Below, piece by piece: positions 13,911 through 26,760 of a stretch of DNA of 64,000 bases. A program made the position numbers and the translations under genes. The notes below the pieces were generated by a model, which did no database searches, was not told the DNA's origin, and worked only from the letters and a program-made list of their open reading frames with translations. The DNA is from Phoronis australis (Eukaryota; Animalia; Phoronida): positions 262,726 through 326,725 of the forward strand of contig NMRA01000024.1 of NCBI GenBank assembly GCA_002633005.1. The letters are read 5' to 3'. Position 1 is the first letter of the stretch; every line of letters starts with the position of its first letter.

Positions 13911-16900
13911 TTCAATTAACATTCAAAATAGCGTTATTAAGTCCTTTTCACAGAGATGGCTTCGATAGGGAACAGGTGTTTATTGGGTAATTTGCCGTAC
14001 ACGTCATTTGTTACTTCAGTTTGATAGGGAATGTAACCTCGTTTTACCGTTCAAGAAAACACCTGCAGATACCATAATTTTGTTATTGGTGATATCTCTG
14101 TCGACTTTGTTCAACGAATGTCTAGCCACCCCGAGTGTGAACTTTTTCACCCGTAAAATTACTTTCACCAAACTTTCTTGAGTCTCAGATTGTGTTTCAT
14201 TAGGGGTTCTATTGCATTACTGGGAGATGTGGTTTAGTTCAATTTCTCTTCAATGTTCCCAATCAGTCCTCCCGTTATTAGAGCCGTGATATATGTATAT
14301 GTAATTAGATCGGTACTGTCACCTGCCCAACCACCTCATTCCATGCCAACACAATAGAGAGCCAGCTGACGGGTTGTCAACAGTCAAACAGCACATAGTT
14401 TTATGATATAATGAGGTGTCATTATGACTATATAGGGGGCCAAGCAGCCCAAGCAGCTGTTGTGTTCTCATTAGCAACAGTGCACGTCAGACAATCATGC
14501 GACGGTCAATTTTGTCCTAACTATGTTCCTCAAATTTTTTAAATGGTTATGTGGATAGCAACATTAAATTTCTCTCTTAAGACTGCAATTTTCTCCTGCC
14601 ATGTTCTTTGATGACAAATTTTTGCTCGATGTATTCATTTGAGTTTCTCTTTCTAGAACCAGTTTTCTCAATATTTTCAAGAGCACCCATTGATAACTCC
14701 TTCGTGTCAATTTTTAGGAACTGCTTTGTTATTAACTTTCCCGTCACCGTTTCATGGTAACACTGTCATTTCTTGACTAAGGCCAAACAAGCATAGCTGG
14801 TTTTGACCTGCGCTCCGACTCATTTGGAAACCTGTGCCCTCCCCCCGGGGCATCATTTCTTCATGCCAAGTTCTCGGATTTTTTTCATAGGGATGCTGGC
14901 AAAATGCTAAACGACGTGGCTTGCCAAGACAGCTACCTTGAATTGTCAATATTATCGAAAATAATTAGGGATCTTTTCATGCAACACCCTCAATTTAAGG
15001 ACTGAGTCCTTAATTATTTTCAATGAACTCTGGGTCCAGTATTTATTCATATTATTCGAAAATGCCATTAATAAAAAGATGAGCTCATAATAAAGATGCA
15101 TATGTGAACCCATCAAGACACAAATACGCAAAAAGTCTTAGTCATGTTAATGTTCTTGATCAACAAATTCAACCAGATGTGACTAATTGCACATGACATC
15201 AAAATGCGATGAGCCTCCACTGTCGAATATATCTTCAACTCGTCAACAATAGAAACAGATGGCTTGGTTTGTGTAGAAAACATTTTTATCAACAATTTAC
15301 AGGAATAAACATAACCCTGCATTCAATACCTAATCCGTAACACTGGCAATCGCTGCAGTTTGGTCATATTTACTTTTCATGTTTCGAACCTAGTTTTCCG
15401 AAAAAACACACCCTTTCCTCAGACAACTCTTTGGTGCATTGGCTTGTTCTCTGATATATTTTTCTACGTCTCTGTGGTTAATTATCGACACATTTTAAAG
15501 ATTTTAATTTTCAGGTTGGACTCGAAAGACAGGCCATTTAACTCACGCAATGCCGCTTTGTTTATCGCAGTGAGCCTCGCTTTGGATTTTAATGTCCGCC
15601 ACGTGAATTAGGTCTATAGAGCAACGTTTTTTCACCAGATGACATTGTCATTTATGACGAGTTTAAGACAACACAGATGGGGTTGGTAAAAACTAAGATG
15701 ATGGCAGAGTGTTTTTCGGCGCTAAGATTGCACAGCAGCATTTCCCCGGATTCCAAGCTTAAAGTGGACGGGGAGTTAAGATTAATAAACCAAATAGCAC
15801 TTTCATTGTAGGCCTAGCATGAGCTCTGAAAACGTTTAGAACCAATCAATCACGTGTGTACTTCTGCTCCTACTATTTTGATCTCAAAACTGTATAAATG
15901 ATACTACCGCTACATCTATGGTTGCTTTGCGCTGATTCTGATTTTGTATACATCAGTGAAAGAGGAAGAGCATGAGGCGCTCGTATTGCTTGACATCGGA
16001 ATAAGTTAGAGCCAAAAAATAACAAACTCTTCACTCGTGTTCAGCGGAAAGCGTCCGAATGCACTGTGTACAAATCAGTAATTACGGACCGTGCCTTACG
16101 AAACAAACATCTAATGGATTTGGAGAATGTTTCTATCGTGCACAGTGGCAACAACGAGGTTCACTAGGTGGGCAAGAGAATCTGGTTGCGTGAAAAGGGT
16201 AACCCATGCCTGAACAGATATATGGAACAGTTTCAGTTGGACACAGCATACATTCTGCGAAGTAACAAAATTTCTAGCTCACTTGTACATGTACGTCCGG
16301 GTACTTGGTATACACCAGCTTGAAAATGACCGTCGGATAGGGCATAATCATAGTAAGTTCATTTCATTCCAAGAGTCATTTTTTCTAAAACGTTTGAAGT
16401 TGGACATGTTAGATATATACAGATAAATACCAGCCTTTATTTTTAAACAAGTAAATACACAGCTACAAAGACTGCTCAAGTTCAATACATTTTGTACATA
16501 TTTAAATGGAGACATCCAAAGGCATTTCAACATATACATTCAAACCCAAAAGGCATACTGTCACGAAATATGTGATAACAAAACCAACGAAAACTCGAAC
16601 TGCTTGCTTTAATAGAATGTCTATTAGTTGGTCTTGAAATCATAATTTTATTCATAAATGCAAAATACGTTGCGCCCCCGCGGTGGAAGAGTCCAATAGA
16701 GGCCTATCACTTTTAAGCACCGACCGTTCTTGCGCAGTAACATAATGATATCGAAACACTTGAGATTTCTACAGTGAAACAACGAGAGGTAAGTTGTGTG
16801 ATAAATATAGGAATGCCTTTTTAAAAGTTAAGTTACTGTTTAAAACCAAATGTGTTGCTTTTGTTGTGGTCAAGTTGTTTAGGAAAATAGCCGTAATCTA

Positions 16901-18088
16901 ACATTTTTCCGTTGGTTCACTAAGTAATGTATATAGCTCGTTGAATTGCTGTCGTAGGTAATGTCTCGCATACCGCCAAATAATATCAATAACAAAGGTG
17001 AACCATGACTTCGGGTTCAATATTCCAGTCATCTCACGCTTCATATTTTAAAAATGTAATAATGAAATAGGAAAAATGGAAACGTTGACTGGCGTCAACT
17101 ATAAAACAAAATACAAAAGGGTAAGCAACTTAAAATGAGTAACTAACGGAAAATATTACCGTAGCTTTAATTTTGTTTGTCATGTCATGTGAGGCGCAGC
17201 TCCCAGCCACCTATGGTGTGCCGCCCATGTACGTGTCTTGTACCGCCGGGTTTCAGCGTCAGTTTGACGTGTTTTCAGATCCATTCGCTGTCAGTTCGAG
17301 TACGCCTACATGTTGTTTTCTCCTATGATTATTCATAGGGCCGTTCGAAGAGTTTTAACTAAAAGGCCTTAGAACGCCTCTTTAGACCATTCTTTTGAAC
17401 GTCATTAAGTAAAAGTTGTTCCATTTCAATACATGAAAAATATTGCCGAAATGCAGTTTTAATACTACATTCGAGTGAAATATCTTTTTAGAGATAAATA
17501 ACTAAAGCGTTAAACCGCTTGATTCTTTTAATGTAATGTATTGTATTCGTATCCAAAAATCAACATTAATTCAAGTTAAAGCTACACCCAGCTTGCTCTG
17601 CCATACTATTCAAAACAGCTTCTCACGAAAGTGATTGGCAGAGGATTTGCCGAAGTTGAGGAAAAAGCGGAAAACGTCGCAAGTCTCCGAAATTGATACA
17701 AAACTGTTGAAAATATGGTTAGTGTTGCAAACGCTGTCGTAGAGTTGTGAACGTGGTAGGGAAAATGACCTCGAACTACCTAAGTGAATCCTCATCAAAA
17801 AGAATTTGTCACAAGGACCCCCCTTTCGTAGGGAATCTGGTTGTGAAAAGATTTCGGAACCTTCTCAGTGTACTTCCCGTATACCTCTTCTAAGGAAGTA
17901 GCCCAGGGTGATACGCTAACTCTCTCAGAACAAGACAGTTATCTTTGAATGTACCAAAGCCTTGCTCAGTTTGTCTTTCGATTACGTGCTGGTCATTGTT
18001 GCATATAAATTCCATGATCAATCCAAAATGAGTGGTCGTGATTTCGTTACCGCCATAGGGTTGTGCCTGTTAACTTCTGACTACGCTG

Positions 18089-18231
18089 CATGGGCGACAC
18101 AGCAATGAAAAAAGTGGGGGAGCTAAAGCCCCCCAGGCCCCCTGTGGTGCATCGTCTATTGACTATGGGCGGCGCGACACTGAAAAAAGTGGGGCTATAG
18201 CCACCCAGCCCCCTATGGTGCGCTGCCCATG
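18089..18231. mobile_element. Two tandem ~70-bp GC-rich mini-MITEs (catgggcggcgc...gcgccgcccatg family)
   Basis: Two consecutive units share tgaaaaaagtgggg..gcccc..tggtgc and have inverted ends; a related 3' end lies at ~17205-17229. Confidence 0.6.
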
Positions 18232-19782
18232 CACTTGCAAATTTAAGAGCGGAAATCGACCGATGGAAATGGAAATAAAATTCAGCAACTGAAGTTCCTT
18301 TTGATAGAGATACCCTAATTTTGGAGAAAAGGTCTGATGAATTGGAAAGAAATGGCCTGTTTTGAAGAATGACTACCAGCAATTTACAACCTTCTCGGCT
18401 CGGCTGTGTACCATTCCCATCTGAGTCTGGCCAATCCTTGTATATGTAAGAACATCACGTGCGGCAATGAATAAAGTGGCTTTTTAAAGTGGGACGAGTA
18501 AGCAGACGTTTACCCTGCATCTACCGGTGTGCAATTTGGTCAACGCAGGGCCCATGACCACCAAAGTACACGTGACTTGATTCTCAAATTGACCGATGAA
18601 ATTACGTGAAATAAGCCTTCAATGTGATTGGTCAAAAATAGACCTGAAACCACATTTCTCGAAATACAGCCAAAGTGAGAAAAGGAAAATTTTACGGACG
18701 CGCAAGAAATTGTCATATTTATCAAATTTCTATTTTCTCCACTGCACACCACTGACCAAAATAAAAACAGCATCAGTGCCACAAACCGTGAATAAAGTTC
18801 CGTCTAAAAAGACACTGTCGGCCTTAGGGGAAAAAGCAAACAAACCTCAACACATTTATACGCTCGATCCTTTCTATATTCATCAGCCGACCAGTTTAGG
18901 AATTGACTTAGTATCACCAAATCTGGATGCACTGGACTTACAACTTCAAAGCCATGTTGAAAATACTCAGACCGGCTTAAACAATCCCCAAATGAAATCA
19001 TTCTTAAACAGTCGCTAATTACCGGCTTTGAGGTAACCATGTTCGCAATAAATCAAAGTGTTATTGGTAATTTTAAGAAGTACCGAGATCAAAGATAACT
19101 TCCAAGAGCGAGATAATATCTCTGCTTCCACTGCGCTTGTTGGAATGGTTTTGAATTAATTTGCATTGAATTAAACTTTGAATATGCATCGGAGACAACT
19201 GAATTTCAAAAAATCATGTCAGGCTATTTGAAATTGCTTGTTAATGGTCCAATAAACTTCGGGTTACGTTTTCGTATGAAAACCACAATACAACCCTTGT
19301 ATCATTGTTTTGGCGCAGTGTAAGCCTACATTTGAATAGCATGGATATTTATATAATTGAAAATATCACAACCTGACCAGAGATGAGATGCGAACAGACG
19401 AGACTGGTGCGATACAATGGTTCACGATAACTCCTCGTAAAGCGGCAATAAAGCCGCCCTTTAAGAAAAAAAAACAACTGCTAACTTGGACACCTAACCG
19501 TTACGAAATTAGTCTCAAATTGTTCCTTAGAAAAATTGAAAATGATATCGGGCCTCTACGGACTCATGGCACGTTATCGTTTGAGACCATACTAGGCGCC
19601 TAAAAAGTAAACGCCGTGAAAAGCCAACTTTTAAAATATTTGCAATAGCATATCTACATGTAAATATTTGAATAATAGTTCTACGTATACTACTTTCGTC
19701 TATGAACTGTCTACAACTCAGATATAATACCTCCCGATTTATAGGTTTGTCCTCATATCCTTGTACGTTCTGTGTATTCTTG

Positions 19783-19852
19783 AATAAATAAATAAATAAA
19801 TAAAAAAAAAATATATATATATATATATTGGTCTACACACAATATATATATA

Positions 19853-19885
<33 letters not shown>

Positions 19886-19909
19886 TGGTCTACACACAAT
19901 ATATATATA

Positions 19910-19950
<41 letters not shown>
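19783..19950. repeat. Compound microsatellite (AAAT)n/(AT)n/(GT)n with a duplicated ~57-bp block
   Basis: tattggtctacacacaa(ta)n(tg)n occurs twice in tandem, flanked by (AT)n. Confidence 0.95.
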
Positions 19951-19951
<1 letters not shown>

Positions 19952-21954
19952 ACCTTAAAAGGCCAACTTGTGGAGCCTGGTCTCACGCGACAATAAAACT
20001 GTAGTAGGTCCTTTGCAAATTCGGAAAGCATGCCCCATCTCACGAAAGAACAAGTTGAGACTGGCTGTGTAGTGGCAAATGGTCTAAATCAAAAGTTCGC
20101 TTTTTGGACTGAACGCGAACGCGGATGTTTATAGCCGTTTTAATTGAGCATTTTTAATAACATTTGTCCCTACAACGTCTCTACTGTACGACTGGTGCGC
20201 GTATAAGTGTTTCCTCTTGTTTAACAGAAACTGAAATAAGGGAACTGAAAGGAAGTCTGGAAGCCAATCTTCAAAATATAAATGGCTGCAGCAATTTTTA
20301 TTTCCCAGACAGTCGTGTGATTGGAAATGCCAACCGATGATTTGAATACATAACTGCAGATGTAGCGCATGCGTTAGCGGCCTTGAGTTGAAAAAAATAA
20401 TACTTATAATAACTCGCTATTACCTTAATGATTTAGTTAATTATTGACGTGATATACTTTTGTTTAATTCATCACGAGAATTGTAATAGCAACAGCTTTC
20501 AAATATTTCATGATAGTACTCTGTCTGTCTCTCTTAATACTTCATTAGTTCGGCACACATGTTTGGAATCAGCCCAGTCCGCCAGCACGCGTCATATGCA
20601 GATTACAACTTTTTTAAGTTAAGGTCTTTTTGTTCCATATTCTGTTGAAAATTTCATGTTTTCCTTGTTTCATGGGTCCAAAGTTATCCCACCCTTTAAA
20701 GTAAGGTTTTCATGATTGTTATTTCGTTGAAATTTTCATGTTTTTGTTATTTCATCCCTACACATTTTTCTGTGTTCTTTCCAACCTAGTGGACCTTTGT
20801 GTTGCGTCATAATCTCAGCAACAGCAACACAGGAGAAATCTACTAATTCAGTTTCGTGAAATCTTCAATCGTAGCTGATAAGTCCAACATTACCACAGTT
20901 ATTTTGGCTTAAATGGTTCAAAAGTTTTGCAATAAAAATATTCTTCAGTTACCCGCGCAATTTCTGCAGATTTGCATTAAACAGAACGCAGAATGGCCAG
21001 ATAACACTTGTAAGAAATACACGAAAGATGGGAATCAGCATGGCATACAGGGTTGTGTAATGTAATGTAAATAATGAAATTCGTTAAACCCTAACTGCGA
21101 GCAATTATCTCGACGGATTCCTCTCCTGCCATCACTCAAGTTCCACTGTTGTTAATTGATTTGACATACATCACCCCACATCAGCATTTTATCCGAATAA
21201 TTCAAGACGTTGGAGCACTTCCAGATGTCTTTTCTAATGACCTGTATCGATCGCCGATAAGGCGATTGTTTCTCTCGAAATAATTATGTTCAGGAAATAT
21301 GATTACCTTAATCCATAATGCCGTGGTTTAGCCGGAGGAGCTGTGAACTAACATAGAATTACAATTTCTTTATATGCGTGGATACCCAAACACATAGCAC
21401 ATGTTGATGCCTGTTATGGTTAGGCTGCCAATGGCAGTGCTTATATATTTTTCCCATTGCTCATTACGGAACGTTAGTGTCAAAATTCAACCAAATGTGC
21501 GCATGAGTAAACTAACAAAATGGAAACCAAAACTTCAAGTGCCGGCTAGGTCTATTTTGAAAACATGAATTGAATTTGTAGGAATAAATTAAATGAAACA
21601 ACGAGTTATGATCATCATTTTAATTTATGTTTTTAATTTAATAGCTGAGGTAAGTGTTCCTCAAACAAAACTAGACCGTTTTTTCACGAAATAGCGAAAA
21701 CTACGGTATTAATAATAAATGAAGTTTTCACAAAAATATTATCAGAATATAATATTGGCCATCAATATTCATCCTTTTCGAGCTGTATAAATGCGCCACT
21801 GAATCATTTTAAATATTTTAAATATACTGTATAAACAATGACGGCGTATTTTAGGGAATTGTCTGTTCGTTTATTTGGAACTGAGGGAGTTGAAACGCCG
21901 CACAACGTGTCGCTGCTAAACTGAGACGAAAGCAGTCACCAGGAGGCGAGTACC

Positions 21955-22140
21955 GCGCTCAAAAATAGTTACGAGACAATTTACGAGAAGTGGCAGCAGA
22001 AGTTATCAAGAGCAGAAATGGTCTCTTGGCATTGCTTTTGAAGCCCGGCGTTTCAACTGAAGATAATGTCGTGCGTTTTTGTTTTGGAATACCACATCTG
22101 GTTAGGTCTACATGTATACGTGCGGAAATAATCTGACCGG
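21955..22140 (+). repeat. Interspersed repeat, diverged copy of ~50912-51090
   Basis: Both copies share cgctcaaaaata..gagacaatttacgagaa..gttatc..agcagaaatggtc.cttgg.att.cttttga. Confidence 0.7.
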
Positions 22141-23272
22141 ATATGAGCAAGCCAATGTTCTAGACAAAAGTGCAGGCTTACGAGGTATATCATGGATACG
22201 AAAGCAAATATGTATCCGTATTTTGTAACCAGTTTTATCCATGTTTACAAAACTGAAGTGGAGGTGTCGTGAAATATTGGGACTGACCTGCATTGCGTTC
22301 CGTAAAGCAAGTTTAATGCCAGAATAGCGATATCACACAAGGTATCACCGTACATTACTAACGAAGCAAGTGGTCACTTTAGCTTCATTCTTGGATCTAG
22401 GAAGCGACCTGTGTATTTTAAACGATTGTAAACCCGCGTCCGTCCCAAAAGGAGCGAACTTATCACTTATCATTATAAAATTGGTCTCAATTCGTTCTTT
22501 ATTCAGATAAAGAATGATTTCTAGATTTGCTAGGAAGCCGACAGTTCCTTGATAAGTGAAACGGCCGCGAGAAACCATCTTGTAGAGCTTACTGTCAAGC
22601 ACCAACGAACAGCCAGTTCCTTTGAAACTCTGAAATTTTCCCAATTTGACCAAGGAACAATTGAGACCAATTTTATGACGTTAAGTAATCTAAATCAGAT
22701 GGGACATGGGTTTAGTAGTCAAATACAGACCGTCTCTCGGCGATTTTCTGCAATCATGCAATAAGATCATCGTGAGCACTCTTTCATAGTGAGATTTTTT
22801 GGAAAGAGGGGGAGACTCCATCACGCTCGGTGTCCTGCCTGTCAACGCCAAACAACCGGCTTGTCACCTAATGCTACAAATACATGGAGTCCTTTTACCC
22901 CGGCAATGTTAGTTCACTGTAAAATAGTTGATAAAATTCTGATATGCATGTTTTGACGTACGGATCAGAGCTCATGAAGTAGTTTATAAAAATATATTTG
23001 ATTTTCCAGGCATTATGTTCATATGTTCTGTGTTTGCAATTTCGGGCGTGATGCTAGTTATAAAATAATCTATAAAATATAACTTTAGGTGATCAACTGT
23101 CATCAACTATGTAATGTTAATTTTCGCTATCGGACCTGGCTGACTAATGTCTCCGAAAATAACGTTTGCAAACTAGTTATAGTGTGTATTAAAGCGAACG
23201 GCAATTCTATTTTTTCATTAAGAGCGCAAAACCAGCTGTGTCGCGTTTTGAAGCCGAGAGCAAATTAAAGAC

Positions 23273-23429
23273 CAGGCGTGCGTTCAGTAGACGCTAGGAC
23301 CTACGCTAGGACCTAGCCAAAAGCTAGGCAAGGTCACGTGCTCTTATTTAAAATACACGGCAATATCTCGCGTAATCTCGCAAAGTCTTGCTTTTAAGCT
23401 AGGTCCTAGCGTTACTGAACGGGAGGCAG
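23273..23429. mobile_element. ~155-bp MITE (cgttcagta..cgctaggacctag termini)
   Basis: Inverted ends cgttcagtagacgctaggacct / aggtcctagcgttactgaacg; a second copy in opposite orientation lies at 47287-47440. Confidence 0.75.
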
Positions 23430-24379
23430 GATCTCTTGTCTTTTCTGGCTTTTTTATCATGTTAAGCTATATATGATTTCCGAGGCGTTATTTGCCAGCC
23501 ATTTTACATGCTTCTATCTCGCATGCAAAAATAACTGCGCACTGCTAGAGAGGTTTAACTGTTGATACACACACATGTTGATATGAAGTGAAATTCTTCA
23601 GTGGCAGACATTTTACCCACGCCATGTGGCCCACCCTGAGATGCCGCCGAAATGAACATTAAAAATCACAATAAAAAATTTTCAAGTAAACAAATGCTAA
23701 ACTGGCTGCACATTGCCACAGCAACATTAAAATTACTCATATCGAGCTCGGATCAAAGTGGCCAAGTTCAAACATAATATAAAATAAACATGAAGCTATT
23801 TAGGTTATGTAAAACATCAGAAAAATGACCAAATTTGGTTAACTTTGGATCGTCATATCTCAGAGATGGCTGATCACATTTGTGTCAAATTTTCAGTTAC
23901 TATGCTTTCTGTACTGTTCCTCAGAACGCCGTTGCGAGGTGGCGTTGAAATGTCCCACTTTTACATGAGGGGCTATCAAAATAGGACTTTTATGGTCTTC
24001 ATGAAATCAATCTAAAATTTCATAAAACGAAAACGAAGTGATAATTTAGAAAACTGTAACATTTTTGAGAATTCACCATGAATATTTATGTCAAATGAAA
24101 TTTGGTAAAACGTTATTGATGCCTAAATATTACTAAAAATAGGGTGGCCACGTGACCTGATTCAAGGCAGATACCTATAAAGTCCAACATCAAATTCTAC
24201 TTAATCTTTGTACTTTCAGAAACCATATACTTCATTGCGATTAATGCATTGTTTTTCAATCTGGCTAAATATACAGGTTTGCTGACAATGTAAAATAATT
24301 GCTGGCGGTCTGGTACACGTTGTACCAGACCGCTGGCAATTATATATATAATAACATTTACATATATTAATATATATTA

Positions 24380-25120
24380 ATAACATTAAACATTTCTTGC
24401 CCTTAGAAACTTTGAAAACTGTATGTAATGGTCTTATCCTTCCTCATTTTAATTATGGCATTCTGCTATGGGGGTGTGACCATAATAGAATATTCAAATT
24501 ACAGGAAAAGGTTAATTCGCACTATTATCTCTAGTTATTTTAATGCCGATACAGATCCTTTATTTAAGACTACATAGATACTCAAAATAAATTACTTGTA
24601 TGTTGTTGCTATTATCAAAGTTTTCTACAAATATGTTCATAATTACTTACCTTCATTTTTAGCACGTTCAATTTGATAACCCGTGGGTCTGTTCAGGAAC
24701 ATTACACTAGGCAACGACATCTTCTACAAACTCCTCGTTGTACTAAATCATTTGCTGAAGATTCCGTTCCAATGTCCTACCTCATATCATTAATAACCTA
24801 CCTGAAAGTGTTTCCTAAAATATTTGAACCCATTCGTTATCCACTGTTATAATTTTTTTAAGAACGTTTGTTTTGAAAGCTATGTACTTGAGTGCACTAT
24901 TCCCAGCTGCTTTGTGTGTAACTATTTTCGATAATCTCTGCTAGTCTTTTTACAAGTAGTTTTAAATTACATTGTCACCTAATTTTGTAATTCTGTTTAT
25001 CTGTAACACTGTATTTTTTATTCTCCGGTGGCTTCGTGGTCAGCGGAGTCTCCACAAGCGTAAATTTGTATTAATTGTATTTTTGTCTTAACGTGAATAA
25101 AGTGTATTACTACTACTATA
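24380..25120 (+). mobile_element. 5'-truncated L2/Crack-type LINE 3' end
   Basis: Decayed translation LKTVCNGLILPHFNYGILLWG..RIFKLQ..FNADTDPLFK..ILKI is typical of the L2/Crack ORF2 C-terminus; the fragment ends with aataaa and a (tac)n tail at ~25096-25120. Confidence 0.8.
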
Positions 25121-25467
25121 GTAAAACCTAGTTCAGGATTTAGAGACCTGACTCAAGGGTCTAGCAGTGTGCCCCGTTGGACTCGCACTGTAAGAAAGGG
25201 GTCTTGCTTTACTTCACGATTCGATTTTTGACACGTCGCAACAACCAATCACGTGTATGAAACGCCGGGTGTCACAAAGTCACAGTCGTGCATGTATTTA
25301 CCATATTTAATTAAATTCGAGTCCACGAAAAGATTGGATTGTCACGTGTAAGGTTGCCACCAGTACAAAACACTGTCATTAAAAATGCAACAGCAATTTC
25401 TTCAGGCGAAGATGTTAAAGTAATAATTCTCATTTTTGTTCCAGCTTGCTACTCTTGACCTGGTAGA

Positions 25468-25503
25468 ATGGCAGAAAATCAAGTGGACGTATTCGAAACT
25501 CAG
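25468..25503 (+). CDS. Putative first coding exon (MAENQVDVFETQ) of the beta-propeller-like gene
   Basis: Acceptor ttttgttccag| at 25444, in-frame TGA at 25456 upstream of the ATG, and a phase-0 donor CAG|gtaaaa that matches the phase-0 acceptor at 40528. The intervening 15 kb is almost entirely TE-derived. Confidence 0.55.
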
Positions 25504-25699
25504 GTAAAATGTAGGGTCTGTTTTTCGAAGACTGTATTGTCTTTTGTCTTAAAATCAGTCTACGGATGGCTCACCATGTTTCACAAAATCAAACTGATGC
25601 TAACAGTTAGAAAAACTCTGATCCAAAGGACAGAAATCTGTAACGTGCTCGGAGCAGACTAAACTCCACAGTCAAGAACAAGGGATGGACTTTTGACCG

Positions 25700-25972
25700 T
25701 AGACTCTTCGACGTCAGAACCCAGTGGTGGTGTGGCTGCAACTTTGGATTACAGAGGTTGTATGCCACACATCTATTCCTGGCCTGGTAAAATGACGTCA
25801 TGTGGTTCGCATTAATTTGTTCCAACACTCAGAAAACGACTTTTGATACTGTTCAGAAACACTCTCAAAAGACCACCCACTACCAAAGAACACATAGGCC
25901 AAATGCGCATAAAATATTTATTTTTCTTGCTTTTTGGTTTCTTATCGCTTCTTGGTTATCAGAAAAATGGCA
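25700..25972 (-). mobile_element. LOA/R1-type LINE fragment 3 (RNase H C-terminal part)
   Basis: Joining 28973 to 25972 across one AT restores GNLPIAIF(S)DNQEAIR, with one frameshift, matching the RNase H IxIFSDSQAA motif. The distal boundary is approximate. Confidence 0.6.
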
Positions 25973-26094
25973 ATGGGGCTATTCGGAAAATTCACATTAA
26001 ATAGAGGGCGTGCGTGTACTAGTGGTGATAGATTAACAGCCTCGATTTCGCGAACCCTCTACATACATGGTGAAATGGCTTGTAGCTGTGCCAA

Positions 26095-26760
26095 ATGAAT
26101 CTGAGATTGCGTGAAAAAGGTGCTTCTATGAGAGGAGGCAAGCACGACCTTATACAAAGGTAAGGTTTGTGATTATTTTAACCATTATTCCATGTTTGTT
26201 CTACTGATGCCTATTAACTGAGGTACTCGCAGATGTCGACTTCGCGGCAGTTGCCAGTCGGGTTAATCTTTGTTTGCTGTGATGTGTGTTACGATACTTG
26301 ACGTAGCACTCGAGATCTTTTCGTACATCAAAGCAGAATTATTGTTTGGAATGGTTTCTAAAAGGTTTATCAGTGAAGCTACATCAATAAATGCTGAATG
26401 TTTATGCTGTTAACTCGATATTGGTTAGTGAGTTAAGATTACAATCCAAGCTCAATGCCATGACAAATGGTAGATGACAAATATTCATTCGACTATTTGT
26501 TTACTCCCTATCCTATGTCTTCCGGAAATCTGTTACACGTTGAAATGGAAATCTATCATGTCTGTTTTCACGTGACCTTTGGTTTTTAGGTTTGGGGGTG
26601 TACGGTGCATAGGAGATATGCATCGCTTCTGCATCGACCCTGAATGGACAAAAATTAGTTTTAAGCAATTGACTGCAGCTAACCAGCAACATCTTCCCAT
26701 CCAGAGCAGATCTGTTGTCAAAGCCTACTTTCTACATCGGAGACAACGAACAAGCTTTGT
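26095..26760 (+). pseudogene. Spliced SAP-domain accessory ORF relic (exons ~26095-26159 and 26590-~26760)
   Basis: LREKGASMRGGKHDLIQR is a SAP-like helix-loop-helix. The phase-2 donor AG|gtaagg joins the phase-2 acceptor tttttag|G to give RFGG...PEWTKISFKQLT...LP...YF. Resemblance to the N-terminus of the ISL2EU exonuclease (YqaJ-type) ORF is inferred. Confidence 0.45.

Noticed and set aside
18360-18400. LPAIYNLL resembling a Penelope GIY-YIG C-terminus
   Set aside because: Only 8 residues, with no supporting upstream motifs.
18596-19018. 140-aa ORF
   Set aside because: No domain-like features or convincing splice sites.
19753-20043. 96-aa ORF with IY/TH repeats
   Set aside because: Translation of a microsatellite.
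20030-20340. Possible two-exon mini-gene (MPHLTKEQV.../ETEIRELKGSL...)
   Set aside because: The acceptor at 20227 is good, but the donor (G|gtctaa) is poor and the product is short and unrecognisable.
23622-24155. Possible MITE with gtggccaccct inverted ends, distantly similar to ~32340-32620
   Set aside because: Similarity is too degraded to fix termini or TSD by eye.
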